Shown in pieces: positions 8,465-18,409 of a DNA stretch of 64,000 nt. Both the position numbers and the translations under genes were made by a program. Source of the DNA: an uncultured delta proteobacterium. Its GTDB lineage: Bacteria > Desulfobacterota > Binatia > UBA9968. Location of the stretch: the NCBI GenBank assembly GCA_963737905.1, contig CAVTUQ010000009.1:96001-160000 (forward strand). The letters are read 5' to 3'. Within the stretch, counting starts at the first letter, position 1, and each line of letters opens with the position of its first letter. A model generated the notes under the pieces. That model searched no databases. It was not told the DNA's origin and saw nothing but the letters and a program-made list of their open reading frames with translations.

Positions 8465-9589
8465 CTAATTATCGAACCCGTACAACCGGGCGCAGTTGTC
8501 CCACAGATATTTCCGCTTGGTCTGATCACTGAACGGCAGCTTAAGAAAAGTTTCCACCGCGTGCGGATATTTTACGTCCAAGTGCGGGTAGTCGGTTGAA
8601 AAAACAATGTTGTCTTCCAGGCCGAAGTCGGGAAGATTCTTTGCCACCACTTCATCGCATTCCACTGCTCCCCAACACTGGCGCTGGAAGTATTCCAGCG
8701 GTTCGAGCTTCATTTCGGGATGTTCCGCGATGCCGGTCAATTCCGCGTATTCGCCCATGCGCCAAAGCAACCAGGGAATCCACGCGCAATTGCCTTCAAG
8801 ATAGGCGACTTTGAGCTTCGGAAATCGCTCCATCACGCCGCCGTAAATCATATCCGCGCAGACGAACATATTCGCCATGGGAAACGACAGCGTGTTGAAC
8901 ATGGCGAAGCTCGGGATGAATTGCGATAGCGCCGGCTGCGGCAGGAATACGCGACCGGCTTCGTGGAAGCCAACGGGAATACCCAGTTTCTGACACTCTC
9001 CCCACAGCGGATTGTAGTACGGATCGCTCCATTTACGGCCGTTCACATGATTGGGCCGCATCAGAATACTTCTGAACCCAAGCTCCTTGACAATGCGACG
9101 GGTTTCCTCGACGGCACAGGAGACATCGTGCGGCGCGACGATGGCCGCGCCGTACATGCGATGCGGGGCGAGCTTGCAGAAATCGTACAGCCAATCGTTG
9201 TAGGCTTTGGCGATGGCCGCAGCCAATTCCGGGTCCAGACCGTCGATGGCCAGAACAAACAATCCGCGGCTGGGATAGAGTATCGCGATATCCAGTCCTT
9301 CTTTGTCCATAGCGCCGAGTTGAGCAATGTTATCGAAGCCACGGGCTTCTTCTTCGGTGTACTTTTCTTTGAGGATTCGCTCGCGGATCGGTCCAAGAGC
9401 GGGACTCGATGTCTCGGGCGGGCGCGGCATGATCTTCCCGTCGACTTCAATACCGAGATCCCTCTTGTGGCGCGATAGTCCCACAGGCGCGCGATCGGCA
9501 AACTTCGGATCGATGTAGCGCTGCCAAAGATCGCAGGGCTCCATCACGTGCATATCTGAATCCATCGCTTTGAAACCGTTCTTCGCCAT
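8465..9589 (-). CDS. Amidohydrolase_2 family protein
   Basis: DSDMHVMEP, AYNDWL, GFHE, ERFPKLKVAYLE, FSTDYPH, DNCARLY. Confidence 0.9.
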   Translation of the reverse strand: MAKNGFKAMDSDMHVMEPCDLWQRYIDPKFADRAPVGLSRHKRDLGIEVDGKIMPRPPETSSPALGPIRERILKEKYTEEEARGFDNIAQLGAMDKEGLDIAILYPSRGLFVLAIDGLDPELAAAIAKAYNDWLYDFCKLAPHRMYGAAIVAPHDVSCAVEETRRIVKELGFRSILMRPNHVNGRKWSDPYYNPLWGECQKLGIPVGFHEAGRVFLPQPALSQFIPSFAMFNTLSFPMANMFVCADMIYGGVMERFPKLKVAYLEGNCAWIPWLLWRMGEYAELTGIAEHPEMKLEPLEYFQRQCWGAVECDEVVAKNLPDFGLEDNIVFSTDYPHLDVKYPHAVETFLKLPFSDQTKRKYLWDNCARLYGFDN

Positions 9590-9610
9590 TTGACGCTCCT
9601 TAAATAACAG

Positions 9611-9673
9611 GTTTCGAGTTTAGGGTTTCGGGTCTCGCGTTAAACTCGACACTCGGAACTAGACACACGAAAC
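9611..9673. repeat. TTTCGAG/CTCGAAA heptamer-repeat hairpin element
   Basis: GTTTCGAGTTTAGGGTTTCGGGTCTCGCG vs AACTCGACACTCGGAACTAGACACACGAAAC; related to 58264-58419. Confidence 0.7.
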
Positions 9674-9697
9674 GGCAAAAGTGCAGCGCCACCTTTG

Positions 9698-10732
9698 TTA
9701 CAGATTGTACATCGCTCGCGCGTTCTTCGCTAAAATCTTTTCCTTGGCAGAGGCGGAGATGTCTTCGCGCGCCATCAGTTTGTGGAGGTTTTCGGGAAAT
9801 TCATTATCCCAGTGTGGGATGTCCGAAGCGAAGACAAAGTGTTCCTCGCCCACGTAATTCAAAGTCTCGGGGATAAGTTTTTCTCCCGCCTCCACGCTGA
9901 AATAAACCGACCGCTCGCGCACGCATTCGCTGGGGGGCCGTTTCAAATCAGGCGTTTCGATCTTGCCGCGCTTCTCCCAGTGTTCGTCCATGCGGTCGAG
10001 CCAATAGGGCAGCCAAGTACAACCGATTTCCAGAAAAGCGACGTGCAACTTGGGAAAGCGTTCCAGCACGCCTTGAAAAATCATGCTGGTAAACTGCTGG
10101 AAAATGCCCACCGGAAAGGCCACGGTGTGGACTTCCGCAAACGTGTCGAACATGCCGGCGCCCAGCTCGTGGGCGCCATTGCGCGTGCCATGGACTCCGA
10201 TGACGCAGCCAAGATCTTGAGCTTCTTTATAAATCGGATCGTAGAAGCGATGACCCAGGGGCAGCTGCAAACCCACCGTCTTTGTCGAAGCACCGACGCA
10301 CCCGAGTTCTTTGACGGCTCGACGGATTTCCTTGGCGGCTTCTGCAGGATCCTGCTGGGGGAACAGTGCCACCGGTTTTAAACGGTCGGAAACCTTTGCC
10401 CAATGATCATGAACGTAATCATTGTAGGCGCGAGAGAGCGCGAGCGCATAGCCGGGCTCTCGGACACGGGATACGTCGCCGGCACCCGTCGAATACAGGA
10501 ACGCCAGCTCCATGTTGTGTTTATCCATGATCTGAAGCCAATCGGCCGCTTTGAGATCTCGGCGGCACCAGTCGCGATTGGCAGGAAGAGTTCCTTGAAG
10601 GTGTCCATCCCATGGTTCGCCGTGAAAAAGCGGCCCGCTGCGTTTGTCGTAGGGCGGTTTCAAGTACGAGCGGAGCAGATCGGTTTGTTCGATGAGATGA
10701 CCGTCGGCATCGATAACTGGAAAATTTGTCAT
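9698..10732 (-). CDS. Amidohydrolase_2 family protein
   Basis: VIDADGHLIE, AYNDY, ERFPKLHVAFLE, FASDIPHWD; SD GGGAGG before ATG 10732. Confidence 0.9.
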   Translation of the reverse strand: MTNFPVIDADGHLIEQTDLLRSYLKPPYDKRSGPLFHGEPWDGHLQGTLPANRDWCRRDLKAADWLQIMDKHNMELAFLYSTGAGDVSRVREPGYALALSRAYNDYVHDHWAKVSDRLKPVALFPQQDPAEAAKEIRRAVKELGCVGASTKTVGLQLPLGHRFYDPIYKEAQDLGCVIGVHGTRNGAHELGAGMFDTFAEVHTVAFPVGIFQQFTSMIFQGVLERFPKLHVAFLEIGCTWLPYWLDRMDEHWEKRGKIETPDLKRPPSECVRERSVYFSVEAGEKLIPETLNYVGEEHFVFASDIPHWDNEFPENLHKLMAREDISASAKEKILAKNARAMYNL

Positions 10733-10816
10733 AATCGCCTCCCTGAGTTGATGAGGATCCGTCGATCGTCGGAATAACAAACAGCGCAGGCGCTGTCAAA
10801 TTCGTTTTCCTGTCGA

Positions 10817-10903
10817 TGTTCACCCTTCGAGAGTCTCAGGGCGAACGGAGGAGGCTTTGGAACTATTAATAAATTCCCGTTCGTGCTGAGCTTGTCGAAG
10901 CAC
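10817..10903. repeat. CTTCG..CTCAG/CTGAG..TCGAAG palindromic intergenic element
   Basis: CCCTTCGAGAGTCTCAGGGCGAACGG...CCGTTCGTGCTGAGCTTGTCGAAGCAC inverted arms. Confidence 0.7.
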
Positions 10904-10928
10904 ACGAATTAGTTTTTCAACAGCGTGT

Positions 10929-11930
10929 TTACTTCCACAGCTCCGCCAGCCATCCCGAGCGCTTCAGCTCTTCGACGTAACTGTTGTCGTAATATGCCGT
11001 CATCGGCGTGCTGTTGGCCAATTTGGCGTCCACCAGATTAAATTGCGCCGACTGCTGGACAATGGGTTGGATGGAAGCCGCAGTCACGGTGGGATCTTTG
11101 ATAAACACCTCAAGCGCGAACCGGTAGGTCTGATCCAAAATATCCGGATCGGTTTGTCGGGTATATTTGGCCAGCACCGCCTTCGTTTGCTTCTCGTTGG
11201 CGAACATTTGCCTCACCCCTTCCATGGTCGCTTTGATCATTCCGATGACGACTTCGCGGTTCTTGACGGCGAAGGATTTTCGGGCGACCAACCCTTGGAT
11301 GAGGAACTCAACTCCGGCTTTTTTGAAATCTTTGGGGCTGACGAGCTCCCGATAGCCGTCTTTCATCAGGCGAAAGGTAAACGGGGCAGACGTAATAATG
11401 CCGTCGACCAGACCCTGCGAAAGACTGGTGATCGCCTGCGTGGTCGTGCCGGTTTGAACGATGTTAATTCCCTGTACGTTGTAAAGCTTTACGATGGCTT
11501 GCAGCGTGTAGTGTGGAATCGCTCCCAGCCTGCTAATACCGACTTTTTTCCCCGCCAGGTCCGCCGGCGTCCTGATGTCGGGTTTTACGATCAGGGATTG
11601 AATAGCGTAAGGAATGGTCGTCGCAACCTGCACGATATCCCCTCCCTGCAGCACGTTCGCCACCAGAGGAGGGCCGCCGCCGGCGCCGACTCCCGCCTGG
11701 CCACCGAGCATGGCCTGAATGATCACGGGCGATGCCCCTACGTAAATCATATCGACGTCCAGGCCGTGTTTTTCGTAATAGTGAGACTCCTTGGCGACCC
11801 ACCAGGGGAGGCTGGCGGCGCTGATAGGAGTAAAAGGAAAGGATACTTTGGTGGCCGCTTGCGCTGAAAAATCGAATGCGCTGACAAAAAAGAGAAAGGC
11901 GAGAAAAAAGGTTAGTGTGTTTCGTTTCAT
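10929..11930 (-). CDS. SsuA/NMT1-type ABC substrate-binding protein
   Basis: Signal peptide (AQA), KHGLDVD, DLAGKKVGISRLG. Confidence 0.85.
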   Translation of the reverse strand: MKRNTLTFFLAFLFFVSAFDFSAQAATKVSFPFTPISAASLPWWVAKESHYYEKHGLDVDMIYVGASPVIIQAMLGGQAGVGAGGGPPLVANVLQGGDIVQVATTIPYAIQSLIVKPDIRTPADLAGKKVGISRLGAIPHYTLQAIVKLYNVQGINIVQTGTTTQAITSLSQGLVDGIITSAPFTFRLMKDGYRELVSPKDFKKAGVEFLIQGLVARKSFAVKNREVVIGMIKATMEGVRQMFANEKQTKAVLAKYTRQTDPDILDQTYRFALEVFIKDPTVTAASIQPIVQQSAQFNLVDAKLANSTPMTAYYDNSYVEELKRSGWLAELWK

Positions 11931-11946
11931 AGAATTTCCCCTGGCC

Positions 11947-12024
11947 CGTCATTCCCGTATGCTTTCAGCGGGAATCCAGGCCGGTTCGGAACTGGACCTC
12001 CGACAAAAACATTGGGGGGTGACG
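11947..12024. repeat. GTCATTCCCG...CGGGAATCCAG palindromic intergenic element
   Basis: CGTCATTCCCG.....CGGGAATCCAG...CTGGA...GGGTGACG double hairpin. Confidence 0.65.
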
Positions 12025-12084
12025 CATTGAAGACAAGTCTCATCACACAGCTTCTTCTAACCCCGCAGTTTGTTTGCGGGTTGT

Positions 12085-13716
12085 TCAATCCGCGCCTCGA
12101 ACGCGATCGATGATAGCAGCAGGGTTATCGGGCGCGGAATCCCCACGCCACGCCACGTGACCATCGGGGCGCACTAGAACCATGGAGCGCTCGTAGGTTT
12201 CCCGCGCCCGGGGCTCATCCAAAGCCACAACTTCGAGAGGTAGACCGATTTTTTTTGCGGCGGTGGTGAAAGCCGTAGTGTCGGTGGGTGTTGAAGAAAG
12301 AACCAGCAAGGTAAAGCCCTTGCCGAATAGATCGAGAGTCGAACGGCCATCTTTTAGCCAAACATGGGGCGCGCGTGCTCCAGGCCAAGTGGTCGGCGTA
12401 TAATTCCCTTGATCGTCCTGCGGTGGCTCCGGTTCGTCGGGAATACAGATCGGCGATTGCCGGTAGCGATATCCAAATTCGATCCCCGGCGAATCGTTCT
12501 TAAATTCCTTGGCGCGCGTTCGAAGTATTGCTTCATGCGCTTTCCACCGTTGCCGTTGTCCCTCTTCGCTGTTTTCCTCCAGGATAGCGGAAAACGCGAC
12601 CTGAGTTTCGAAACCCGCGTGCATTTCGCTTGCTTCTTTCACATTGGTCATGGCCACGGGTTTTCGTTCCGGGCCATAACTGTCAAGCAAGCGCGCCCCT
12701 CCCCATCCTTGTAGAACCGCTGCAAGTTTCCATCCGAGATCCACCGCGTCGCCGATACCGGTGTTCATGCCGAAGCCCCCCGCCGGCCAATTCAGATGGG
12801 CAGCGTCACCAGCCAGGAACACGCGCTTGTCTTGATAAGATTCGGCAACCACGCAGTGTCCGGTCCATGGCCGAACCATCAGCAATTCAAACGGAATATT
12901 TTCGCCGAGCGCGTAACGCAACTTTTCCGGCGCGTTGAGCGAATCCAACTGTTCTTGCTTGACCCCGCGAATATTTAAACGCCAAAGCTCTTTGCCATCG
13001 ACGGCGGCAATGGCTCCCTGGACTCGCGGGTTGAGAATCTGATACTGCACGGCGGGGCCGTGAGGGGTCAGCGACAATAAAGGCGAACGAAACAACACGG
13101 CTACGTTCATGCCTTCGGCGAATACTCCTTCGAACTGAATGCCTAACTGGCGCCGAACCGTGCTGCGGCCGCCGTCGCAGCCGACCAAGTAAGCGGCTTC
13201 GATGCTCGAACGTTGACCGCTTGCGACATCGATAATATTCGCTACCACCTTCGCGTCATCCTGTCGAAAAGACTCCAGCGCGGTTTGATAACGTACCTCG
13301 ACGGTGGGCAGCGTGCTCACATGTTTACGCAACACCGGATCGAAGTAGGGTTTAGAAATCCACAGGCGTCCTTCCGGACTATAGGGCGAGCGCGAATTTG
13401 GGTCGCCGTTGGCGGGATGATCGAAGCGGGCGATTTCATAGCCGTTCATGCGCGTCACGAAAAGATAATTCCTCGGGTAATCCGTTGGATAGCCCGATTC
13501 GAAGCGCATGCGATCGGCTAAACCCCAGCGGCGCATGTGTTCGCAGGTTCGCGTGTTGGCGAGATTGGTCGTGGGAAAATCTACCTTGCCATCGGTTTGT
13601 TCGACCACGAGACAGCGAACGCCGCGCCAGGCCAATTCGATGGCCAGTGCCAGGCCGACGGGACCTGCGCCGGCGATGAGAACAGGGTAACGCTTTGAGG
13701 GCGCTGAATCACTCAT
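12085..13716 (-). CDS. FAD-dependent monooxygenase (PheA/TfdB family)
   Basis: GAGPVG, GCDGGRS, LAGDAAH..PAGGFGMNTG, C-terminal LVRPDGHVAWRG. Confidence 0.92.
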   Translation of the reverse strand: MSDSAPSKRYPVLIAGAGPVGLALAIELAWRGVRCLVVEQTDGKVDFPTTNLANTRTCEHMRRWGLADRMRFESGYPTDYPRNYLFVTRMNGYEIARFDHPANGDPNSRSPYSPEGRLWISKPYFDPVLRKHVSTLPTVEVRYQTALESFRQDDAKVVANIIDVASGQRSSIEAAYLVGCDGGRSTVRRQLGIQFEGVFAEGMNVAVLFRSPLLSLTPHGPAVQYQILNPRVQGAIAAVDGKELWRLNIRGVKQEQLDSLNAPEKLRYALGENIPFELLMVRPWTGHCVVAESYQDKRVFLAGDAAHLNWPAGGFGMNTGIGDAVDLGWKLAAVLQGWGGARLLDSYGPERKPVAMTNVKEASEMHAGFETQVAFSAILEENSEEGQRQRWKAHEAILRTRAKEFKNDSPGIEFGYRYRQSPICIPDEPEPPQDDQGNYTPTTWPGARAPHVWLKDGRSTLDLFGKGFTLLVLSSTPTDTTAFTTAAKKIGLPLEVVALDEPRARETYERSMVLVRPDGHVAWRGDSAPDNPAAIIDRVRGAD

Positions 13717-13813
13717 AGGTTTGTCTTTAATAGTACCCTCAGTTTTGTCCTGTCAATACGGTTCTCGGCTTGACGCTGGATCACCCGTTGATATAAGGAG
13801 AGCGAACCCAGTC

Positions 13814-14809
13814 ATGAGAATCGATCGCGTTCTATTTATTTCCGTGCTGCTCCAGTTAATCATCTGGGCCAACGCCGAGAGTCAACCGCTCCATAAGATT
13901 CGCATCGGCTATCCGTCCATCAGCTCGCGACAGGGGCAGCTCTGGGTGGCGAAAGACGAAGGTCTTTTTCGCAAGTATGGACTTGACGTTGAGCTGATCT
14001 TTCTGCGCGGCGGGCAGGTGGCGATTCAAGCCCTCACCGGCGGCGATCCGCCCATTGTCACCATCGGCAATGTAATTATCGCCAACTTGCAAGGGCATGA
14101 CATCATGCTCGTGGGCTCGGTGGAAAACTCTTACGACCAGGTCGTTTTCGCCCGTCCGGGAACCGCGACGCAGATGGAGCAACTCAAGGGTAAGCGCTTC
14201 GGCATCAGCGGTTTCGGGTCGGCGACCCACAACGCGGCGCTGATTCTCTTCAAGAAATTCAATCTCGAACCCAACAAGGATGTCGCTTTCGTGCCGACGG
14301 GCACCGGGCCGGAACGGCTGGCGGCGATGGGCGCCGGCAGAATCGACGCGACCTTCTTTAACCCTTCGGAGGTGCCGCAAGCTTTGAAAGCGGGGCTGGT
14401 GGAAATCATTCAAATGGCCGACATCGGTTTCGAAGTTCAAGGCAGCGGGTTAGCCACGTCGCGCAGCTATATCAAAGCGTATCGCGACGTCGTCAAGTCG
14501 GCGCTGAAAGCCTACGTGGAAGGCATCTACTATATTTTTTCCAACAAACAGGCCACCTTGAAGAGTCTCGCCCGCTATATGCGCACCAACGATCAGGAAG
14601 TACTCGAATATTCCTACCAGCACTATCTGAAAAGAACGCCCAAGAAACCCTATCCGACGATGAAAGGCATACAGAATCTCATCGACATGTCCGCGGCCCA
14701 GATACCTCAGGCCAGGAGCGCCAAGCCGGAGCAATTCGTCGACTTGAGCTTTCTCCGTGAGCTCGAAGCGGAAAAGTTTTTTGACGAGATGGCGCGCCGA
14801 TATAGGTAG
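13814..14809 (+). CDS. SsuA/NMT1-type ABC substrate-binding protein
   Basis: Signal peptide, GLFRKYGLDVEL, LKGKRFGISGFGS, C-terminal FVDLSFLRELE. Confidence 0.85.
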   Translation: MRIDRVLFISVLLQLIIWANAESQPLHKIRIGYPSISSRQGQLWVAKDEGLFRKYGLDVELIFLRGGQVAIQALTGGDPPIVTIGNVIIANLQGHDIMLVGSVENSYDQVVFARPGTATQMEQLKGKRFGISGFGSATHNAALILFKKFNLEPNKDVAFVPTGTGPERLAAMGAGRIDATFFNPSEVPQALKAGLVEIIQMADIGFEVQGSGLATSRSYIKAYRDVVKSALKAYVEGIYYIFSNKQATLKSLARYMRTNDQEVLEYSYQHYLKRTPKKPYPTMKGIQNLIDMSAAQIPQARSAKPEQFVDLSFLRELEAEKFFDEMARRYR

Positions 14810-14840
14810 TCGAACCAAAGGCTACACAAAAGGAGAGACC

Positions 14841-15779
14841 ATGATCATCGATACTCATTTTCACGCATTCCCCGGTAAATTTCTCGAGCTTGTACCCGAT
14901 GCGCAAAATGACGTCAGGGGCGTGGGTTTCCACGCGTTCGATCACCGGGAGTACTTGAACGTTATGGATCAATACGGCATCGACATCGGCGTTCTTTCGA
15001 ACACCGGCGGGAGAATCGAGAAGGCAGGCGACCGCGGTAAGGCTTTGGATCTCTGCAAAATTCTCAATGACTCGTTTGCCGACGCTCATGCGAAACATCC
15101 GCGTCGCTTCAAAGCCTTCGCCCGGCTGCCGATGCTCGATATGGACGACTGCGTGGCAGAACTGGAGCGGTGTTACAAAGATCTCAAGATGCACGGTGTC
15201 ATGATGCCGACCAATGTTGCGGGCAGATATATCGACGAGCCGCAGTTCAAACCCTTTTGGGACGCCCTGGCCGCCGGCGATAAGCCGCTCTTTATCCATC
15301 CGGCCAACGCGCCGTGCCAGTCCAACTGGGACAAGTATTCGCTGCATCAAAAAATCCTCTGGCCGACGGATAGCACTCTGGCCATCTCACGGGTCGTCTA
15401 TGCCGGCATTTTCGACCGCTATCCTAACCTCAAGCTCATCGCCTCTCATTTGGGGGGTATGATCCTCCTGTATCTCGACCGGCTCAACTGGCGTGAGGGA
15501 AACCCGGAATGCAAGCAGGAGCCGGAAAAGTATTTTGGAAAAATCTACTACGACACCGCGGGGCCGATCCGCGCGGCTTTTATCAAGCTCGTTTACGATA
15601 CGGTGGGCGCCGACCAGATCCTCTTTGGCGCAGACTATCCCCATGGCCGGGACGGGAAGGACGATCAGTTCTATCCGATGACCCTAAAAGAGATGAAAGA
15701 GCTGGACATCCCGAACGCGGACAAGGAAAAGATCTACTACCGGAACGCGAAAGCGCTTTTTGGATTCGAAGAAGGATAG
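14841..15779 (+). CDS. Amidohydrolase_2 family protein (ACMSD/decarboxylase-like)
   Basis: IIDTHFH, FIHP, SHLGG, LFGADYP, NAKALF; SD AAGGAG. Confidence 0.9.
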   Translation: MIIDTHFHAFPGKFLELVPDAQNDVRGVGFHAFDHREYLNVMDQYGIDIGVLSNTGGRIEKAGDRGKALDLCKILNDSFADAHAKHPRRFKAFARLPMLDMDDCVAELERCYKDLKMHGVMMPTNVAGRYIDEPQFKPFWDALAAGDKPLFIHPANAPCQSNWDKYSLHQKILWPTDSTLAISRVVYAGIFDRYPNLKLIASHLGGMILLYLDRLNWREGNPECKQEPEKYFGKIYYDTAGPIRAAFIKLVYDTVGADQILFGADYPHGRDGKDDQFYPMTLKEMKELDIPNADKEKIYYRNAKALFGFEEG

Positions 15780-15860
15780 ACACTATCGACTAGCGCGGAT
15801 GATTCACTGGCAAGCGATGATCAAGGGACGAGCCCTCCGGGTCGACTGGAGAGGGAGTAT

Positions 15861-15943
15861 AGTTCAAGGTTCAAAGTTCAATGTTCAAGGTCCGAAGCAA
15901 GTCCGAAACGTTGAACCTGGAACATTGAACCTTAAACACCCTT
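15861..15943. repeat. GTTCAAR heptamer-repeat hairpin element, copy 1
   Basis: AGTTCAAGGTTCAAAGTTCAATGTTCAA...AACGTTGAACCTGGAACATTGAACCTT; near-identical arms at 21006-21088. Confidence 0.85.
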
Positions 15944-16016
15944 TTGCCTTCGCTCCTCCAAGCTCATCCGTTGATCGACAGTGTGTCGTGGTTTTTTTGG
16001 AGCGCGGACAATCCAG

Positions 16017-17306
16017 CTAGCGGATCATCACCGCCAAGGTCTCTACGTGAAAGGTGTGAGGAAACAGGTCGATCGGTTGGACAAAAGTGAGTTTGTAACC
16101 GTGATGTGCCAGCGCGGATAGATCACGGGCTAAGGTCGCAGGATTACACGAGACATAAAGGATTTTCTGTGCGCTGAAGGAAGCCAAGTTGCGCTCAATC
16201 CCTTTGGCCCCGGCACGGGGCGGATCGAGAATGATCTTCGAAAAGCGCTCTCGCTCTCTGGCGAGTTGCCTGACCGCGGCGGGGACATGAGCGCAGATCC
16301 AGCGGATGTTAGCGATGTCGTTGAATTGCGCGCTGCGCTTGCCGCTATCGATGGACCGGCGATAACCTTCAACTGCGACGACTTGCTGAGCGCGCTTTGC
16401 GAGCGAGAGAGTGAAGTTTCCCGCGCCGGAATAGAGCTCAAGTAGCCGATCGTTTTTTTCGAAGCCGCCGGCGGCCAGTAGTTCCCTGAGAAGCTCCCGA
16501 TTTCCTTCGGCGTTGACCTGAATAAAGACGTCGCCGTCGCCCTTGAGGCAAATTCCATCATCGCTCCGAACCGAAACTAAGGTGTGCCCCCATGCCTTGC
16601 GCCAGTTCTCGCCATGAAGAATAACTCCGCTGATGCTGTCAGGTTGGTCGATAAGACGTTCGCAGGCGGAATCGTCCCGCGGAATGTAGTCGCCGGCGAT
16701 TTTGCCCACAGCAACGATTTCGTTGGAATCATCGCCGGTCACGAGCTCCACATGCTCGACCTGGGTGTCTAGCTCGTTTATCCAGTTTCGCAGCGGATGG
16801 ATGACTTTGTTTAGTGCTCTGTCGGCTATGAGGCAGTCGCCTATTTCCACCAGATCATGAGAAAAAGCGCGATAGAAACCGATTCGCTTCGCTTTGTCGC
16901 ACTGCAAACGAATGCGGCGCCGATAGTGATATTCGCGGGGTGAAGCAAGGATCGGTCGCAATTCGAAACCGTCCAGCTTGCCGATGCGTCGCAGGGCGTC
17001 CGCGACGCTTTGCTCTTTGGCTTTGAGTTGCGCCTCATACTGGACTTGTTGCCAGGGACAGCCGCCGCAGTCGCTAACGTAGGGACAGGGAGGCGTTTGG
17101 CGCAACGGCGAGGACTTTAGCAAGCGAACCATCTCGCCGAAGGCGTAGTTTTCTTTCGAATCGGTCACCCGAGCGCTGATCGTGTCCCCCGGGACTGTGG
17201 CGGGAACCATAAGGACCTGATGATCGATGCGGCCGATGCCGTAGGGACCGTAGGCGAGAGAATCGATCTCTAGCGTGAATTCGGTTTTCGCGTTAGTCTG
17301 TTTCAT
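16017..17306 (-). CDS. rlmD: 23S rRNA (uracil-C5)-methyltransferase, RlmD/RumA family
   Basis: TRAM N-terminus, CPYVSDCGGC Fe-S motif, ELYSGAGNF, LDPPRAG, YVSCNP, DLFPHTFHVE. Confidence 0.85.
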   Translation of the reverse strand: MKQTNAKTEFTLEIDSLAYGPYGIGRIDHQVLMVPATVPGDTISARVTDSKENYAFGEMVRLLKSSPLRQTPPCPYVSDCGGCPWQQVQYEAQLKAKEQSVADALRRIGKLDGFELRPILASPREYHYRRRIRLQCDKAKRIGFYRAFSHDLVEIGDCLIADRALNKVIHPLRNWINELDTQVEHVELVTGDDSNEIVAVGKIAGDYIPRDDSACERLIDQPDSISGVILHGENWRKAWGHTLVSVRSDDGICLKGDGDVFIQVNAEGNRELLRELLAAGGFEKNDRLLELYSGAGNFTLSLAKRAQQVVAVEGYRRSIDSGKRSAQFNDIANIRWICAHVPAAVRQLARERERFSKIILDPPRAGAKGIERNLASFSAQKILYVSCNPATLARDLSALAHHGYKLTFVQPIDLFPHTFHVETLAVMIR

Positions 17307-17349
17307 CGATTTCGTGCCCGCAATTGATAGTACAAGGACATTTAGATTG

Positions 17350-17722
17350 ATGGAAGCCCAAGACGATCCACGTTTTATCAAAGGAATCGACGAGTTCAAT
17401 CAGCGGCTCTTTTTCGAGTGCCATGAGACGCTTGAGGCAATCTGGTTGGAGGAGCACGGGGAGGAGCGACGATTTTATCAGGGCATCATCCAGATTGCCG
17501 CCGGCTATTTTAAGTTGGAGCAAGGGGTTCCGGCTGGCGCGCATCAAACTCTGGCATTCCGGGTTGGAGAAGTTGGAGCCCTATGCGCCGGTGTACCTTG
17601 GCATTGACGTCGAGTCTTTCGTTAGAGCCGTGAGGGAAAATCTAACCGAGCTCGAGGCTCTCCAGCAAAAAGGCGAAGAATGTTCCACTCTCAGTATCCC
17701 GCTGCTCATGCGCGTTTCCTGA
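17350..17722 (+). CDS. DUF309 domain protein, split by +1 frameshift near 17541
   Basis: GIDEFN...FFECHETLEAIW..FYQGIIQ then continues in the next frame with IKLWHSGLEKL..YLGIDV. Confidence 0.8.
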
Positions 17723-17734
17723 GCATCCTACCGC

Positions 17735-18409
17735 ATGATCCGCTGCATCGACGTTCGCAAAGTTTACCAGCAAGGGAAAAATGAAATTATCGCCCTGGAC
17801 GGTGTCTCGCTGGATATCGCCAGAGGGGAGTTTGCGGTCATCATGGGGCCGAGCGGCTCGGGAAAGAGCACGCTCCTCCATCTGATCGGTGGATTGGATC
17901 GCCCCACCGCCGGCGAGCTGCTGGTGGATCAACGCCTCGTTGGGCAGATGGCGGATGATCAAGTCACTCTTTTCAGGCGTACCCGGATCGGCTTTATCTT
18001 TCAGTTCTTCAACCTAATGCCCACCTTGACCGCGTTAGAGAACGTCACCTTGCCGTTTGTGCTCGACGGGCGATCCAAGGAAGAGGCGGAACAAAGAGCT
18101 AAGATGCTCCTGGATAGGGTTGGGTTGGGAAATCGCAGAGATCATCTTCCCGAGGAGATGTCCGGCGGGGAAATTCAGCGTATCGCCGTGGCTCGGGCCC
18201 TGGCTTTTGATCCGCCGATCCTATTGGCTGACGAACCCACCGGCAACCTGGATTCGAAGACCGGCGAATCTATTTTGTCACTATTGCGCCAGATCAATCG
18301 TGATGCCGGCTGCACGATCGTCATGGTCACCCACAGCCAGGAGGCTGCCGGCTATGGGGACCGGACGATTTTTTTTCGCGACGGCAAAGTCGAGAGGGAA
18401 AGCGCGTAA
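17735..18409 (+). CDS. ABC transporter ATP-binding protein (LolD/MacB-like)
   Basis: GPSGSGKST, MSGGEIQR, LADEPTGNLD. Confidence 0.95.
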   Translation: MIRCIDVRKVYQQGKNEIIALDGVSLDIARGEFAVIMGPSGSGKSTLLHLIGGLDRPTAGELLVDQRLVGQMADDQVTLFRRTRIGFIFQFFNLMPTLTALENVTLPFVLDGRSKEEAEQRAKMLLDRVGLGNRRDHLPEEMSGGEIQRIAVARALAFDPPILLADEPTGNLDSKTGESILSLLRQINRDAGCTIVMVTHSQEAAGYGDRTIFFRDGKVERESA